Shown here: one piece after another, positions 24,625-36,236 of the stretch | Layout of the letters: every line of letters starts with the position of its first letter | How positions within the stretch are numbered: position 1 is the first letter of the stretch | Assembly (NCBI GenBank): GCA_001600815.1 | Contig: BCKZ01000003.1 | Location: forward strand, 62,001-126,000 | Reading direction: 5' to 3' | Source of the DNA: Alloascoidea hylecoeti | Taxonomy: Eukaryota | Length of the DNA: 64,000 nucleotides | Notes under the pieces: model-generated | Told to the model about the DNA's origin: nothing | The model's input: only the letters and a program-made list of their open reading frames with translations | Database searches by the model: none | Made by a program: the position numbers and the translations under genes

Positions 24625-26790
24625 ATGGTCGTACCATTTAATGACATCTCACACCTCAAAACCGACAATCATGATGTCCAAATAACCAAACTGGTAAATC
24701 TGAAGCATACCATCATTGGTCATGAAGAAGAAAAATTAACGTTACTTGAAAATGGTTCATACAAAACTATTCTTGAAATATTAAGGGACACAACTGATGA
24801 AGAAGTGAAACTACAAGCAAGCATAATCGTAACCAGTTTTACATATGGTGATGATAAAATAATGAAATTGCTAATAACTCTTCAGACTGTTGAGGTTATT
24901 TTGTCTACGATTGTTCCTTCTGCAGATTCGCGGCTATTGATGCAATCTTTTCGTTCTCTCTGCTGTATACTATCTTCAAGGCCTGATATAATCATTCACT
25001 TTGGTTCACAATTTACTAATACTGTTCGAAAAATCGTTTCCAATCCAAAATCTTCAGAAAGTCTCCTTGCATGTGCTTGTGAATTGATCCCTTTGATAAG
25101 CCCTAATCCACAGCTTGTGAAGGATTTGGAAGAGCTCATCAAACCCCTAATTGAAATCAGCTATTCACGAATACAAAAGTATATACCAAATTCATTTAAT
25201 AACATCACTTCATTGAAAATGGCTTTGTATGCGCTTACACATTTGATTAACGATCAGTATTGTTCTTGGTTTGTTTCATCATTTAACAAACAAGATCAGT
25301 TGGATGAAAAAACACAAAACCAACTACCAATATTTGAAAAAATCGATCCAATTATTTTCATTGTTCATCTTTTATCGCTGTTGAGATCTAACTCAGATGA
25401 TCTCAGGTTAGGATCAGTTATTTTGTTATGCAAACTGATAGGTTCAATCAAATCAGAATCTATGAAACTACAAATGAGTAAAGGTTTGTTACCTACTTTA
25501 GTGATGCTAATTAAAAGTGACAATCCTGAGGCGGTTGATCCTCATGTTTATCAATCATTAGCTACACTTTGCAAAGATAATCAAGAAGATGCCTTCCTGG
25601 TAGGAGAAGGAGGAGTAATTAAAAAGGTTGCTGAATCTATTTTGTTGCTTAATTACAATAATCCAAAAGGTGCTCAATTGGTGGCGGATGGATTATTAGT
25701 CGAAGCTTGTATATGTATTCATGATGATGAACACCGCTTAGCTGTTGTTGAGAATGGGATCTTAAAATATATTGTTGAAATAATCACAAAAGTCGGGAAG
25801 ACAGATCTAAGTGAATTAACTCCATCTACAGCCTCATCGTTGAGAAAGGTCACAATCGCCTCTTGCTATGTTCTGAGAGCACTTTCTAGAAGTGTTAATT
25901 TATTGCGTACGAGCTTAGAAAATGATGATATTGTCGAGGGTATAGTTGGCCTGCTATCAATGAATTATAAAACTGAAAATGGAATTCATTCTGAAGGAGG
26001 TCACTTTGAGGTAGATGAAACTTTGGATGTTAAAACTGCTATAATGGCCGCCGTGTGCAATATTGTCTTGGAGTTCGGAACCTTAGTGAAAAAACTAATT
26101 GAGAAAGGTATTATTCCTCTCATTGTTGAAGGGGTTAATTCAACGTATTCTCCATTGAGACTGAATTCAATTTGGGCACTGAGACATCTTGTTTACATGG
26201 CTCAGCCTGAATTGAAGAATCAAGTTATGGAACATTTAACTTATGATTCTCTTATGGCGCTTTGCAATGACAATGAACTTCAAGTTCAAGAGCAAAGTCT
26301 GTGCTTTATTAGAAACTTGATTTGTACAAATGTCACACAGATTGGAAATTTATTTGATAACATAGGAAAAGATAGGTTTTTTGACATTTTGGAATCAAAA
26401 ATTAAAGGGGCCATAGAAAATGGGATGGAATCACAAGTAATTGTTTCAGTGATATATATCCTTGCAAATATTGCTTCATGTTCAGAACACTATCAAGATA
26501 TTATTATTAATCAGGGTTCAATTTTAAAAAAAATTGCTGCTTGTGCTGAAAATGGGGATTGGGAAACCAAGACAGCTTGTGGCTGGCTGGTAATTAACTT
26601 AACATGGAATGAACAAGAAACGAGAGAAAATTTAACTGATTCTTGTAGACATAGGGCCAACGAGCTTATAGGCCATGGATTTAAAAGACTTTTGATAAGA
26701 ATTAATCAGGACCCAGTAATTGATATTAGGCGACAGGCTAGCACTGCACTATTTCAATTAAATTCTCTTACTGGAGCAGGTACGGATTAA
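24625..26790 (+). CDS. VID28: GID complex ARM-repeat subunit (Vid28/Gid5/ARMC8)
   Basis: LKHTIIGHEEEK, LRALSRSVNLLRTSL, AVCNIVLEF, LRLNSIWALRHL and QEQSLCFIRNL motifs of the ARMC8 family. Confidence 0.85.
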   Translation: MVVPFNDISHLKTDNHDVQITKLVNLKHTIIGHEEEKLTLLENGSYKTILEILRDTTDEEVKLQASIIVTSFTYGDDKIMKLLITLQTVEVILSTIVPSADSRLLMQSFRSLCCILSSRPDIIIHFGSQFTNTVRKIVSNPKSSESLLACACELIPLISPNPQLVKDLEELIKPLIEISYSRIQKYIPNSFNNITSLKMALYALTHLINDQYCSWFVSSFNKQDQLDEKTQNQLPIFEKIDPIIFIVHLLSLLRSNSDDLRLGSVILLCKLIGSIKSESMKLQMSKGLLPTLVMLIKSDNPEAVDPHVYQSLATLCKDNQEDAFLVGEGGVIKKVAESILLLNYNNPKGAQLVADGLLVEACICIHDDEHRLAVVENGILKYIVEIITKVGKTDLSELTPSTASSLRKVTIASCYVLRALSRSVNLLRTSLENDDIVEGIVGLLSMNYKTENGIHSEGGHFEVDETLDVKTAIMAAVCNIVLEFGTLVKKLIEKGIIPLIVEGVNSTYSPLRLNSIWALRHLVYMAQPELKNQVMEHLTYDSLMALCNDNELQVQEQSLCFIRNLICTNVTQIGNLFDNIGKDRFFDILESKIKGAIENGMESQVIVSVIYILANIASCSEHYQDIIINQGSILKKIAACAENGDWETKTACGWLVINLTWNEQETRENLTDSCRHRANELIGHGFKRLLIRINQDPVIDIRRQASTALFQLNSLTGAGTD

Positions 26791-27272
26791 CTAAATTAAT
26801 ATTCAATATTTCGATTCTTGGTTTTTTTTACGGTTCTATTTATATCCAATTTTTTTTCTTGCGTTTGCATCGTACTTTATTGTTTCTGCCTTTTTTATTT
26901 TTGTTGGTTTTACATGTAGCTGTTTTTGCTGTTGTCTTTATAGATAGATCTAAGGCCACGGCCTTTGCATTATATCTCTGGTGATTTACTAGCTATCTAA
27001 AGTGTTAGCCTATGTTTTATTCTGTTAGCATATTTTTATAAAGAAAAATTAAAAGTTGTATAAACGAAAGATTATACCAAAAAAAGTAAGTAAATATGGT
27101 GCGCATAGATAGTTTGTGGTAGTTGCAGTGTTGGGAAAAAATCTTAAATTATAAAGAGAAACTCCATGTATTGTATTACTGTTAAATACAAATTTGAATA
27201 CATTAATATCATCAACAACAACGATTATTAATTCTGTTTTATATATGCTTATCTTTAACCACAATATAAATT

Positions 27273-27866
27273 ATGGCACGACAGTATAATCCATGGGATG
27301 ACGATGAGTGGAATTTAAACGTAAGAAATACGATAGTTGATATAATATCAGTTTCCCAAAAACTAATCTTAATCAAAGGATGACAATGATATAAACAAAC
27401 CCGCATCAACAGAATTATTCAACTGGGATATAAGAACAAAATCAGGATATCATTCAACCTTCCCGTATGTTTTGTTTATGAATCGGGATAATATTTGAGC
27501 ACGTTACTAATTTTTTTTATGAATTATAGGGGATTCCATCAAAGTAATGGAGATCAAATCCCAAAACCTCGAGTTCTACTTAAGCGACCTTCACAGCCTC
27601 AGGAATCAACCTCAAATAAAAATGAAGCAATTGTAAATGACAAAGAAAATCAGGAAGAAGAGACTCGCATCAAACAAGAATTGAAGGACAAGGAGCTGAA
27701 ATATAAGTTGGCAAGAGAAAAGATATTTGGGTCTGAAGATCAAGTCGAGTCACAGGTTCATGATCACATTAAACATCAGACTAAACATCATTCTAACCCA
27801 AACCGTTCACGTGGACACGCTCACCGCCCACAACGTCTCAATAAAGGAGCGAGAGCTAATAAATAA
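27273..27866 (+). CDS. SUZ-domain (SZRD1-like) small protein; exons 27273-27320, 27379-27464, 27530-27866
   Basis: Spliced MARQYNPWDDDEW...PRVLLKRP...KELKYKLAREKIFG. Introns GTAAGA...AAG and GTATGT...TAG keep frame. Confidence 0.75.
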
Positions 27867-28088
27867 TCATAAGCTATTTTGTAAGGTGTGCGTTTTCATC
27901 GTTGTATATTTCAATTGAAGCTACAATAAATCGATATGCGAATTAGTATTCATTTATATCCACTTGTAGTTATTATACGACTTTACATAAATGAGACATA
28001 AGTTTACCTCCACCTTATAATAAATATATAATTTGCTTTGCGAGACTTTCCCTAATTTATTTAATAAACTAAGCTGAAGCTAAATCCA

Positions 28089-28580
28089 GTAAGTTTCATA
28101 ACAGTTATCTCACAATCGTTACAGTTGGTGCGAAGCTGGGACTGTGCTTCAAAGTTCAACATTAGAATATATCGAATATCAAAGATCACATAAGGGCTGA
28201 AATTTGGAAAAGAAGCTTCACTGTTACAGTGATAGGGAATAGAAAAGGAGCCACCGCACGTTCCTACGAACTTTTGTAAAAGGCGTTTGATTAGATTGAT
28301 CAAGTTGGATAACAGACCATCTGTGAAACTAAAATTGTGATGAATTGGGTTCGTGACGAGGAAATAAACGTGTTCGAGTAGCCTCTTTTTTCACCGATTT
28401 GAATCCAATCGCATTTGGAATCTCCTTACAAGTGCCTCCCAAGGGATTAGGAGAATTCGTTTAAACACTATGTGGAAGTGAAGAGAAGCTTAATATTTAT
28501 GGTCTACGGAACACCGTGCACTACTTCNGAAACAGGTTTAAGGTCTCGGTTATAGTACTACAGTGTATCAATTTTTTGGA
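28089..28580 (+). ncRNA. Candidate structured ncRNA locus (snoRNA-like units and/or Sm-site RNA), identity unresolved
   Basis: No credible ORF; several complementary stems; H/ACA-like and C/D-like boxes; Sm-like AATTTTTTGG at 28570-28579. Confidence 0.4.
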
Positions 28581-28787
28581 GTGCCTAAAAACCCATTAAA
28601 ATGGATCTGGTAACTATAAGAAAAACAACTTTTAGCAAAAAGGTAAACCTCCCGGGTAACCAAACACTTTTTATTGTTTTACACGTAAGTTGTTAAGCTA
28701 CATTATTTTCAATTTATTTCTTTGTTTTCTAAATAAGGTCTGCTAATCCATACTTATATAAATAACTGTTTAGATTGTACTTTCAAT

Positions 28788-29606
28788 ATGTTTCAAAGAC
28801 TAGCTGCCGCATTTTCAAGAGCCACTGCAACTACACCCGAGCCTGAATCTTCCAATTCACAATCTACTTCTGCAACACAGACCCCAAATAAATCGATTCC
28901 TATTAGTTCAATAAATCTAGTCTATGGGAAGAAGTCTATATTACTCGAATTTGATGAATCAGATTCCGATAACAAAGCAAAGCCCGAGTTAGGACCTAGC
29001 GTTGGATACGTCCGTGGAAAGGTTGCAGAATGGGTTGATACCGTGGAAAATAAAGCTACTGAAAGAGGTGAGGTTGCATTAGTTTTCAGTGGGAAAAGGC
29101 TTGTAAATGATGACATTCCTCTAATTGGAGAAGGTATCAAATCAAAAGACACTCTCCTTGTTTCTATCCGTAAGCCAAAAACAAGATCAAAAAAGGCCAA
29201 GAAGAACAAGGCAAAAAAGAATCAACAAATCACAAAACCAGCTCCCTTGACTGGTGATCAGAAGATTGATGCTGTTTTGAAATCTACGGAGGAGACGATT
29301 TTACCTCTTATTAACAAGTTTGTGGACTCCCCACCAGAGGACGAAGAAGCAAAAAAGGAACAACATCGACGACTGGGTGAGCTAGTCTTAACTAAATTAT
29401 TTTCACTGGATGAAGTTGACACAAGTGGGAATCCTGGGTTGCGACAAAAACGCAAAGAGGCAGTTAACACACTCCATGGATATCACGCTAAAATTGATTC
29501 GGTGTTGCAGTCCGATAACAAAGAAAATGAAAATGAAGATGAAAATAAATCCAAAGATAATATAAAAGATGCAAATGAGGATCACAAGAAGGATGAAAAA
29601 TTATAG
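28788..29606 (+). CDS. UBL-BAG domain Hsp70 co-chaperone (BAG1-like)
   Basis: Ubiquitin-like segment (LVFSGKRLVND) followed by a BAG domain (RLGELVLTKLFSLDEVDTSGNPGLRQKRKEAV). Confidence 0.8.
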   Translation: MFQRLAAAFSRATATTPEPESSNSQSTSATQTPNKSIPISSINLVYGKKSILLEFDESDSDNKAKPELGPSVGYVRGKVAEWVDTVENKATERGEVALVFSGKRLVNDDIPLIGEGIKSKDTLLVSIRKPKTRSKKAKKNKAKKNQQITKPAPLTGDQKIDAVLKSTEETILPLINKFVDSPPEDEEAKKEQHRRLGELVLTKLFSLDEVDTSGNPGLRQKRKEAVNTLHGYHAKIDSVLQSDNKENENEDENKSKDNIKDANEDHKKDEKL

Positions 29607-29722
29607 CGAATACAAATGTTTTTAATGTTAGTTTTTAGTTTATCTTTTTTCTCAATTTCATTGACTGTATATTTTTAAACCATGGTTGTTGTTGACCTCT
29701 AGATCCTTATGTACTCCCAAAA

Positions 29723-31208
29723 ATGGCTGCCATTTCATTGCCAGAATTCAGCCATGCCATGAAACACCTTGGCCTCTCTTGTTTCCCTCCTAGATTGGGT
29801 ATGTCTCATTTAAACTTACATATTGCACTATGGTTACTAACTATCTAAACTAGGAATTGCTTTAAGTGGGGGTGTCGATTCCATGAGCCTAGTTTTTTTG
29901 GCCAACGAATATCTCAAATATCACCACCCCAAAACCTCCCTATTAGCCATTACCATTGATCATAAAGCCCGTCTGGAGAGTACAGAAGAAGCCAACGATA
30001 TCAATAAGTATATATCCTCGAAGAATATTTTGCATCATGTGGAACAGTTGACGTGGACCTCCGATGAACTTCGAGCCTCCAAAACCACTTTTGAACTTCT
30101 GGCCAGGAAACGACGGTATCAGGCACTGGATAAAGTCTGTCGACAGAATGACATTCATAATCTTTTAGTGGCACATAACTTAGATGATCAATTGGAAACG
30201 TTCTTCTATCGCTTGATTAATGGAAGCTCCTTCTACGGCTTGTGTGGAATGAATTCTACTTCGTTTATGCCATTACAACCCACTTCTCCCAACCAGCAAA
30301 ATATCCAACTTCTACGGCCTTTACTTGGTTTTAGAAAAAATAGATTGATATCCACTTGCTTAAAAAATAATGTGAAATGGTTTGAAGATTCCACTAATTT
30401 GGATCATACCATGACACCAAGAAATTCTATTCGCAAGTTATTACTAGATTACAATAATTTACCAAAAGCTTTTCAGCCTGATAATCTTACACGGTTCTAT
30501 TTCAGGTTACAAGATAAAAGGAAAAAAATTCAAGAACAAGTAGAAAATCTTGATTCAATGTTAGAAAAGTACAAAACTTTTGATAAAGGAAAAGCTTCAA
30601 TAGAATTAAAAAATATACCATCTTCAATTATTAAAAATCAGTCCATTATAATTTTAGCTAGATATTTTTATCAATTAATTAATCCCATTTCTCCTCTTTC
30701 ATCTTTTCATTTTCGTTTCGGTGATTTCATAAAGATTACAAAAAAATTACGAGATATAACAACATCATCAAAATTTACAATGTTTGGAGTAGAGTGGATA
30801 ATACAAGCTGACGAAAATAATACAACCATAAAAATGCAACGACAAAAGTTTGCTCGTGATGAAAACCCCACCTTAATTTTTGAATTGTTAAATCATGAAT
30901 GGACAACGTGGAAATTATGGGATAATAGGTTTTGGATTCGAGTGAAAAATGATCATAGAGTATTTTCTTCAATATCAGTTATAAAATATATTCCTGAACA
31001 CCATAAGTGTAAAATCAAACAAATCCAACGGAATAATGGTAATAATTCTAGTATTCCGTCTTATAAAGAATTAAGTGGTCTTCCATTAATAATTGGAAAG
31101 ACAAAAGATCCAGAAAATGATATTGTTTTCGGCTTCCCAACGTATAAGCCATTCTCATTTCATGGAAATATAGAAGTTGAATATGAATTAAATGCATTGC
31201 CTGTGTAA
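29723..31208 (+). CDS. tRNA(Ile)-lysidine synthase-like PP-loop ATPase; exons 29723-29798 and 29854-31208
   Basis: Splicing restores IALSGGVDSM; further TilS motifs TIDHKAR, ARKRRY, AHNLDDQLET, RPLL, EDSTN and RNSIR. Confidence 0.88.
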
Positions 31209-31254
31209 ATATTAATATGAAGTTTAATTGATATTCTGAAAGAGTTTTGAAAAT

Positions 31255-32400
31255 TTAAGTTTCAACAACTATAGGTGCATACTCCCCAGTTTCAGATTCT
31301 TCATCATTATTAGATGAGTTATCATCAATTTCCTTATAAGAAACATCTATATGTATTTGATATTTTACTTTCAAGCACATACTCAAATCGCTTAAAGCCT
31401 TTTGGATACCTTGAGGTATACTTGACAAATCATATATTTGTTTGTAGAAATGTCTAAAAGTTTTAAAGATGTATTCCGAAGACAAAAGATCAGACATGTA
31501 TTCCTGAGGACAATTCTCCAATTGTGTTTTAATAATGGATAGAAACTCGATATATAACTTTGGTTTTGTAGTAAGAGCTTCTTCACAACCACATAAAAGA
31601 GAGACAATTGTTTTCCATTGAATACTTGCAGAGTAATTTGCAAAAACTATAATCATTATGAAACAGAGTTGTAATTCTCCCAATAACAGTTTATGATTAT
31701 TATTTAATGTGTGTAGTATTTCTTCTAAATACCAAGACTTATCAAGCATTGATTTAGTCAATTCGGAACCTGTTGTGCCTAGCTTAAAACTTCGTTTCAG
31801 ATTTATTTCCGTGAATCGTATTTCATCTTTTGACTGATCGACCAAAGACTTTATTATATTATCTTCTTCGATGTTATCTGGATGTCTTTGCTTCGCTGAT
31901 TTTTTCAGACTTTCCAAAAGAATCGAGTTTTCAGCTTTCGACGTACTAGCAGAACACATCAATGCATTTAAAGGAAATATAGAATTCATAACCGACTCTG
32001 TGACAGTTGATGTCAAGGGATACCAGGAATGAAGGTTAGTTTCTTGTCCTGTGAAATCATTTTCCTCATCATTGGGATATTTAATCATAAATTGATAGTC
32101 ATCTGGAAGCTTTGATCTTATTCTAGAAACATTCAACTCCCCCATTTCATCTTCTCTAAGCATTTGCTCATTTTTTTCATCCCAGAGTAACGTAATGATC
32201 TCATTGTTTTTAGCAAAGAAAGGGTGACCAAATCGTATATCAGACTCTGATTTAGCCCAGTGGACAATGTGGAAACCGTCTGGAATCAGTTTTATGCCCC
32301 GGAAAATATCATTCGAAGAGAAAAAATACAAGTCAATTCCAATTAACCATCCACCAGGGAGATTATCGAAAGCAACGGTTGTCTTTGGAGGAGCACTCAT
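31255..32400 (-). CDS. AAR2: U5 snRNP assembly factor Aar2
   Basis: IGIDL...FRGIKLIPDGFHIVHW, LDKSWYL, LLGELQLCF and GEYAPIVV motifs. Confidence 0.9.
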   Translation of the reverse strand: MSAPPKTTVAFDNLPGGWLIGIDLYFFSSNDIFRGIKLIPDGFHIVHWAKSESDIRFGHPFFAKNNEIITLLWDEKNEQMLREDEMGELNVSRIRSKLPDDYQFMIKYPNDEENDFTGQETNLHSWYPLTSTVTESVMNSIFPLNALMCSASTSKAENSILLESLKKSAKQRHPDNIEEDNIIKSLVDQSKDEIRFTEINLKRSFKLGTTGSELTKSMLDKSWYLEEILHTLNNNHKLLLGELQLCFIMIIVFANYSASIQWKTIVSLLCGCEEALTTKPKLYIEFLSIIKTQLENCPQEYMSDLLSSEYIFKTFRHFYKQIYDLSSIPQGIQKALSDLSMCLKVKYQIHIDVSYKEIDDNSSNNDEESETGEYAPIVVET

Positions 32401-32460
32401 TATGTCTCTCTCATATTATTAAATTTGAAAGAGAGATTTGAAATTTCCATAAGAATCGTG

Positions 32461-32468
32461 CACGTGAC
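32461..32468. promoter_or_regulatory. Cbf1-type GTCACGTG site in the AAR2/ILS1 divergent promoter
   Basis: CACGTGAC in a 164-bp divergent intergenic region. Confidence 0.45.
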
Positions 32469-32564
32469 AGATTCTCTACAATCCTCCAAATCAATTTTGT
32501 GACTCAGAAAATTGAAATCTTTTTTCAACCACTTTTTCTTTCTAGTTTTAATAGAATATTATAA

Positions 32565-35500
32565 ATGTCCGGACCTATCAGCTTCCCAAAAGAGGAGCAT
32601 GATGTTCTCACATTGTGGGATGAAATTGATGCTTTTCAGACATCTTTAAAACTTTCTGAAGGTCAACCTCCATTTGCCTTCTATGATGGTCCTCCATTTG
32701 CGACAGGTACTCCTCATTATGGTCATATATTAGCTTCCACCATTAAGGTATGTTTAATCCATTAGCCAAAAGAATTACAATTTCCTGTTACTAATTAGTT
32801 TATTAGGATATTGTGCCCAGATATGCAACTATGAATGGTCATCATGTGGAACGAAGATTTGGTTGGGATACTCATGGTTTACCTGTTGAACATGAAATTG
32901 ACAAGAAACTAGGGATCACAGGTAAAGATGATGTTATGAAAATGGGAATTGCAGCTTATAATGCCGAATGCCGATCCATTGTCATGAGATATGCTGAAGA
33001 TTGGAGGAAAACTATTGGCCGTTTAGGTAGATGGATTGATTTTGATAATGATTATAAGACTTTGTATCCAACTTTTATGGAATCTGTCTGGTGGATCTTT
33101 AAACAACTTTATGAAAAGGATGCTGTTTATCAAGGATTTAGAGTCATGCCTTATTCAACTGGTTGTACAACCCCTCTAAGTAATTTTGAAGCTCAACAAA
33201 ATTATAAGGATGTTGTTGATCCTGCTGTTACAATCACTTTTCCTTTATTAGATGATCCAAAAACTAAACTTGTCGCTTGGACCACCACTCCATGGACCCT
33301 TCCAAGTAATATAGCTCTTTGTGTCAATCCAAATTTTGAATATGTCAAGGTTTTGGATGAAAAAACAGGTGATTACCTCATTTTGTTAGAAAATTTATTA
33401 ACATCTGTCTACAAAAATCCAAAGAAGGAAAAACTCAAAGTTGTTGAGAAAATACAAGGCAAAGATCTAGCTGGATTAAAATATGTTCCTTTATTCAATT
33501 ACTTTTATGAAGATTTTAAAGACTATGGTTTCAAAGTTCTTACATCCGATTATGTTACTAATGATTCCGGTACTGGTATTGTTCATCAAGCTCCAGCTTT
33601 TGGTGAAGAAGATTGGAATGTTGCCGAGTCTCATGGCGTTATTTCTGATAGGCGTCCACCTCCAAATCCCGTTGATGACGCTGGTAAATTCACAGCTGCC
33701 GTTACCGATTTTGCTGGTGTTTATGTGAAGGATGCTGATAAAAAGATTATTAAGGTCTTAAAGGAGCAAGGTAGAATTTTAAGAGATGTACAAATCATGC
33801 ATAGTTATCCATTTTGTTGGAGATCTGATACTCCTTTATTGTATCGTGCTGTTCCTGCTTGGTTTGTTCGTGTTAAGGAAGTTGTCCCCGATATGTTAAA
33901 GAACGTTGATAAAACTAGGTGGGTTCCAACTGCAATTAAAGAAAAAAGATTTTCTAACTGGATTGCAAATGCCCGTGACTGGAATGTCAGTAGAAACCGT
34001 TATTGGGGTACACCTATTCCATTATGGGCCAGTGATGATATGGAAGAAATTGTCTGCATTGGTTCTATCAAAGAATTGGAAGAACTTTCTGGTGTATCTA
34101 ACATAACTGATCTCCATAGAGATAAAATTGATCATATTACTATTCCTTCCAAGAAAGGAAAAGGATCCCTAAAAAGAATCGAAGAGGTATTTGATTGTTG
34201 GTTTGAATCTGGTTCTATGCCTTATGCCAGTAAACATTACCCATTTGAAAATAAAGAAACCTTTGAAGCATCTTTCCCAGCTGCTTTTATTTCCGAAGGT
34301 TTGGACCAAACTCGTGGTTGGTTTTATACCTTGGTTGTTCTTGGTACCCATCTTTTCAATACTGCACCATTCCAAAATTGTATTGTTAGTGGTATTGTTT
34401 TAGCTGCAGATGGTAAAAAAATGTCCAAAAGATTGAAGAACTATCCTGATCCAACCATTGTTTTAGAAAAATATGGTGCAGATGCTTTGAGATTATATCT
34501 TATCAACTCTCCAGTTTTACGTGCCGAAACACTTAAATTCAAAGAAGAAGGTGTTAAAGAAGTTGTTTCTAAAGTTTTATTACCTTGGTGGAATTCTTTT
34601 GTTTTCTTGGATGGGCAGGTTGCTTTGTTAAAGAAACTTGATGATATCGATTTCAAATATGATCCTAACTTAAGAAGTGAAAATGTTATGGATAAATGGC
34701 TTCTTTCCAGTTTACAATCATTAGTTGGATTTGTTCATACGGAGATGGGTGCATATAGACTATATTCTGTTGTCCCCATACTTTTAGGTTTTATTGATAA
34801 CTTAACAAACTGGTATATTCGTTTCAATAGAAGAAGATTAAAGGGTGAAAATGGTACCGCTGATGCAAGAAAGGCGCTCAATACACTTTTTGAAGCTTTA
34901 TATACGCTCGTTAGACTTATGGCTCCATTTACTCCATTCTTAGCAGAAACTATTTATCAAAGATTAAAGCCATACTTTGGATCAGAGCTACCAGTTAAAG
35001 ATAGTAGATCCGTTCACTTCCTTCCTTACCCACAGGTCAGGGAAGAGCTTTTTGATAAGCGTAATGAAACAGCTGTTAAAAGAATGCAAAAAGTTATCGA
35101 GTTAGGTCGTGCTATTAGAGAGAGTAAGACTATTGGTCTCAAGACTCCTCTTAAGTCTCTTGTTGTTTTACATTCAGAGCAGGAGTATCTTAATGATGTT
35201 GATGCATTAAAGAGCTATGTCTACGAGGAATTAAATATCAGAGATTTGATTCTGACATCAGATGAAGCCAAATACAATGTTGAATACAAGGCTGATGCTG
35301 AATGGAAGGTTCTTGGTAAGAAATTAAGAAAAGATCTTGGTAAGGTTAAAAAAGGATTATCAGATTTGACCAGCAAAGATGTTCAGAACTATCTTGAAAC
35401 AGGTAAAATTACGGTCAGTGGTATTGAACTCGTAGCAGGTGATTTGAATGTGAATAGAGGCGTTTCTGATGCTGCCACTGCTCAGGGGCAAGAAGTTAAC

Positions 35501-35842
35501 GTTGACAATACAGATAACGTTTTGGTTATTTTGGATACTACTATTTATCCAGAATTGAAGACTGAAGGTATTGCTCGTGAACTTATTAATCGTGTCCAGA
35601 AATTAAGAAAGAAGGTAGGTCTTCAAGCAACTGACGACGTCAAGGTTCAATACAAAATCATCAGTGATAAATCAGTCAATTTGCAAGGTGTGATTACCGA
35701 GCACTCTGATCTTCTTACAAAAAGTTTAAGAAGTGATTTAGAAGCTGTTGAAGATATTCAAAGTACGGGTATCAATGTTGTGGCTAACGAGGAACAAATT
35801 ATCAACGATGCTGTGTTCCAATTGAAGCTTCTTAAGATCTAA
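32565..35842 (+). CDS. ILS1: Cytosolic isoleucyl-tRNA synthetase; exons 32565-32747 and 32807-35842
   Basis: [14 protein letters not shown] (HIGH motif), [11 protein letters not shown] and KMSKR; intron GTATGT...TACTAAT...TAG. Confidence 0.96.
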
Positions 35843-36001
35843 GGCAACATTTTCATCACAATTTTAGACTGGAGTATAAATCATCATTAGATATATAATA
35901 ATAGAATAGTATTTATTAAATGTTCATATCATTATATTCATAGTACAATTGTAACACTTGTAAGAGAACTCTATATACATGTAATTATAGCCAATCACCA
36001 A

Positions 36002-36236
36002 TCACCATTTTCTCTTTAGGGTCTTTTGAACACAAGATTTGAAGTTCATGAATTCCTTTTCACAAGCACCTTTAGAGATGGTAGCATAGGTGTTGAGGAC
36101 ACACTGCCCGTAAACGGTTGCCTAAAAAATGGTTAACGATAAGAGAAAGTATGACTCCAATTATCTTACTTACGGTAGCACTGCAGGAAGCAGAAGCCTC
36201 CATAAACTTTTTAATTGGTCTTTTTGACACAGACAT
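36002..36236 (-). CDS. Twin-CX9C NDUFAF8-like complex I assembly factor, 60 aa; exons 36236-36174 and 36121-36002
   Basis: Spliced product MSVSKRPIKKFMEASASCSATATVYGQCVLNTYATISKGACEKEFMNFKSCVQKTLKRKW has two CX9C motifs. Not in the ORF track. Confidence 0.8.

Noticed and set aside
28277..28285. U5 snRNA loop-1 motif GCCTTTTAC on the minus strand
   Set aside because: The flanks do not form the closing stem, and no Sm site lies at the expected distance on that strand.
28455..28475. TAAACACTATG resembling part of snR30
   Set aside because: The m1 (ATATTCCTA) and m2 (AAACCAT) motifs are absent.
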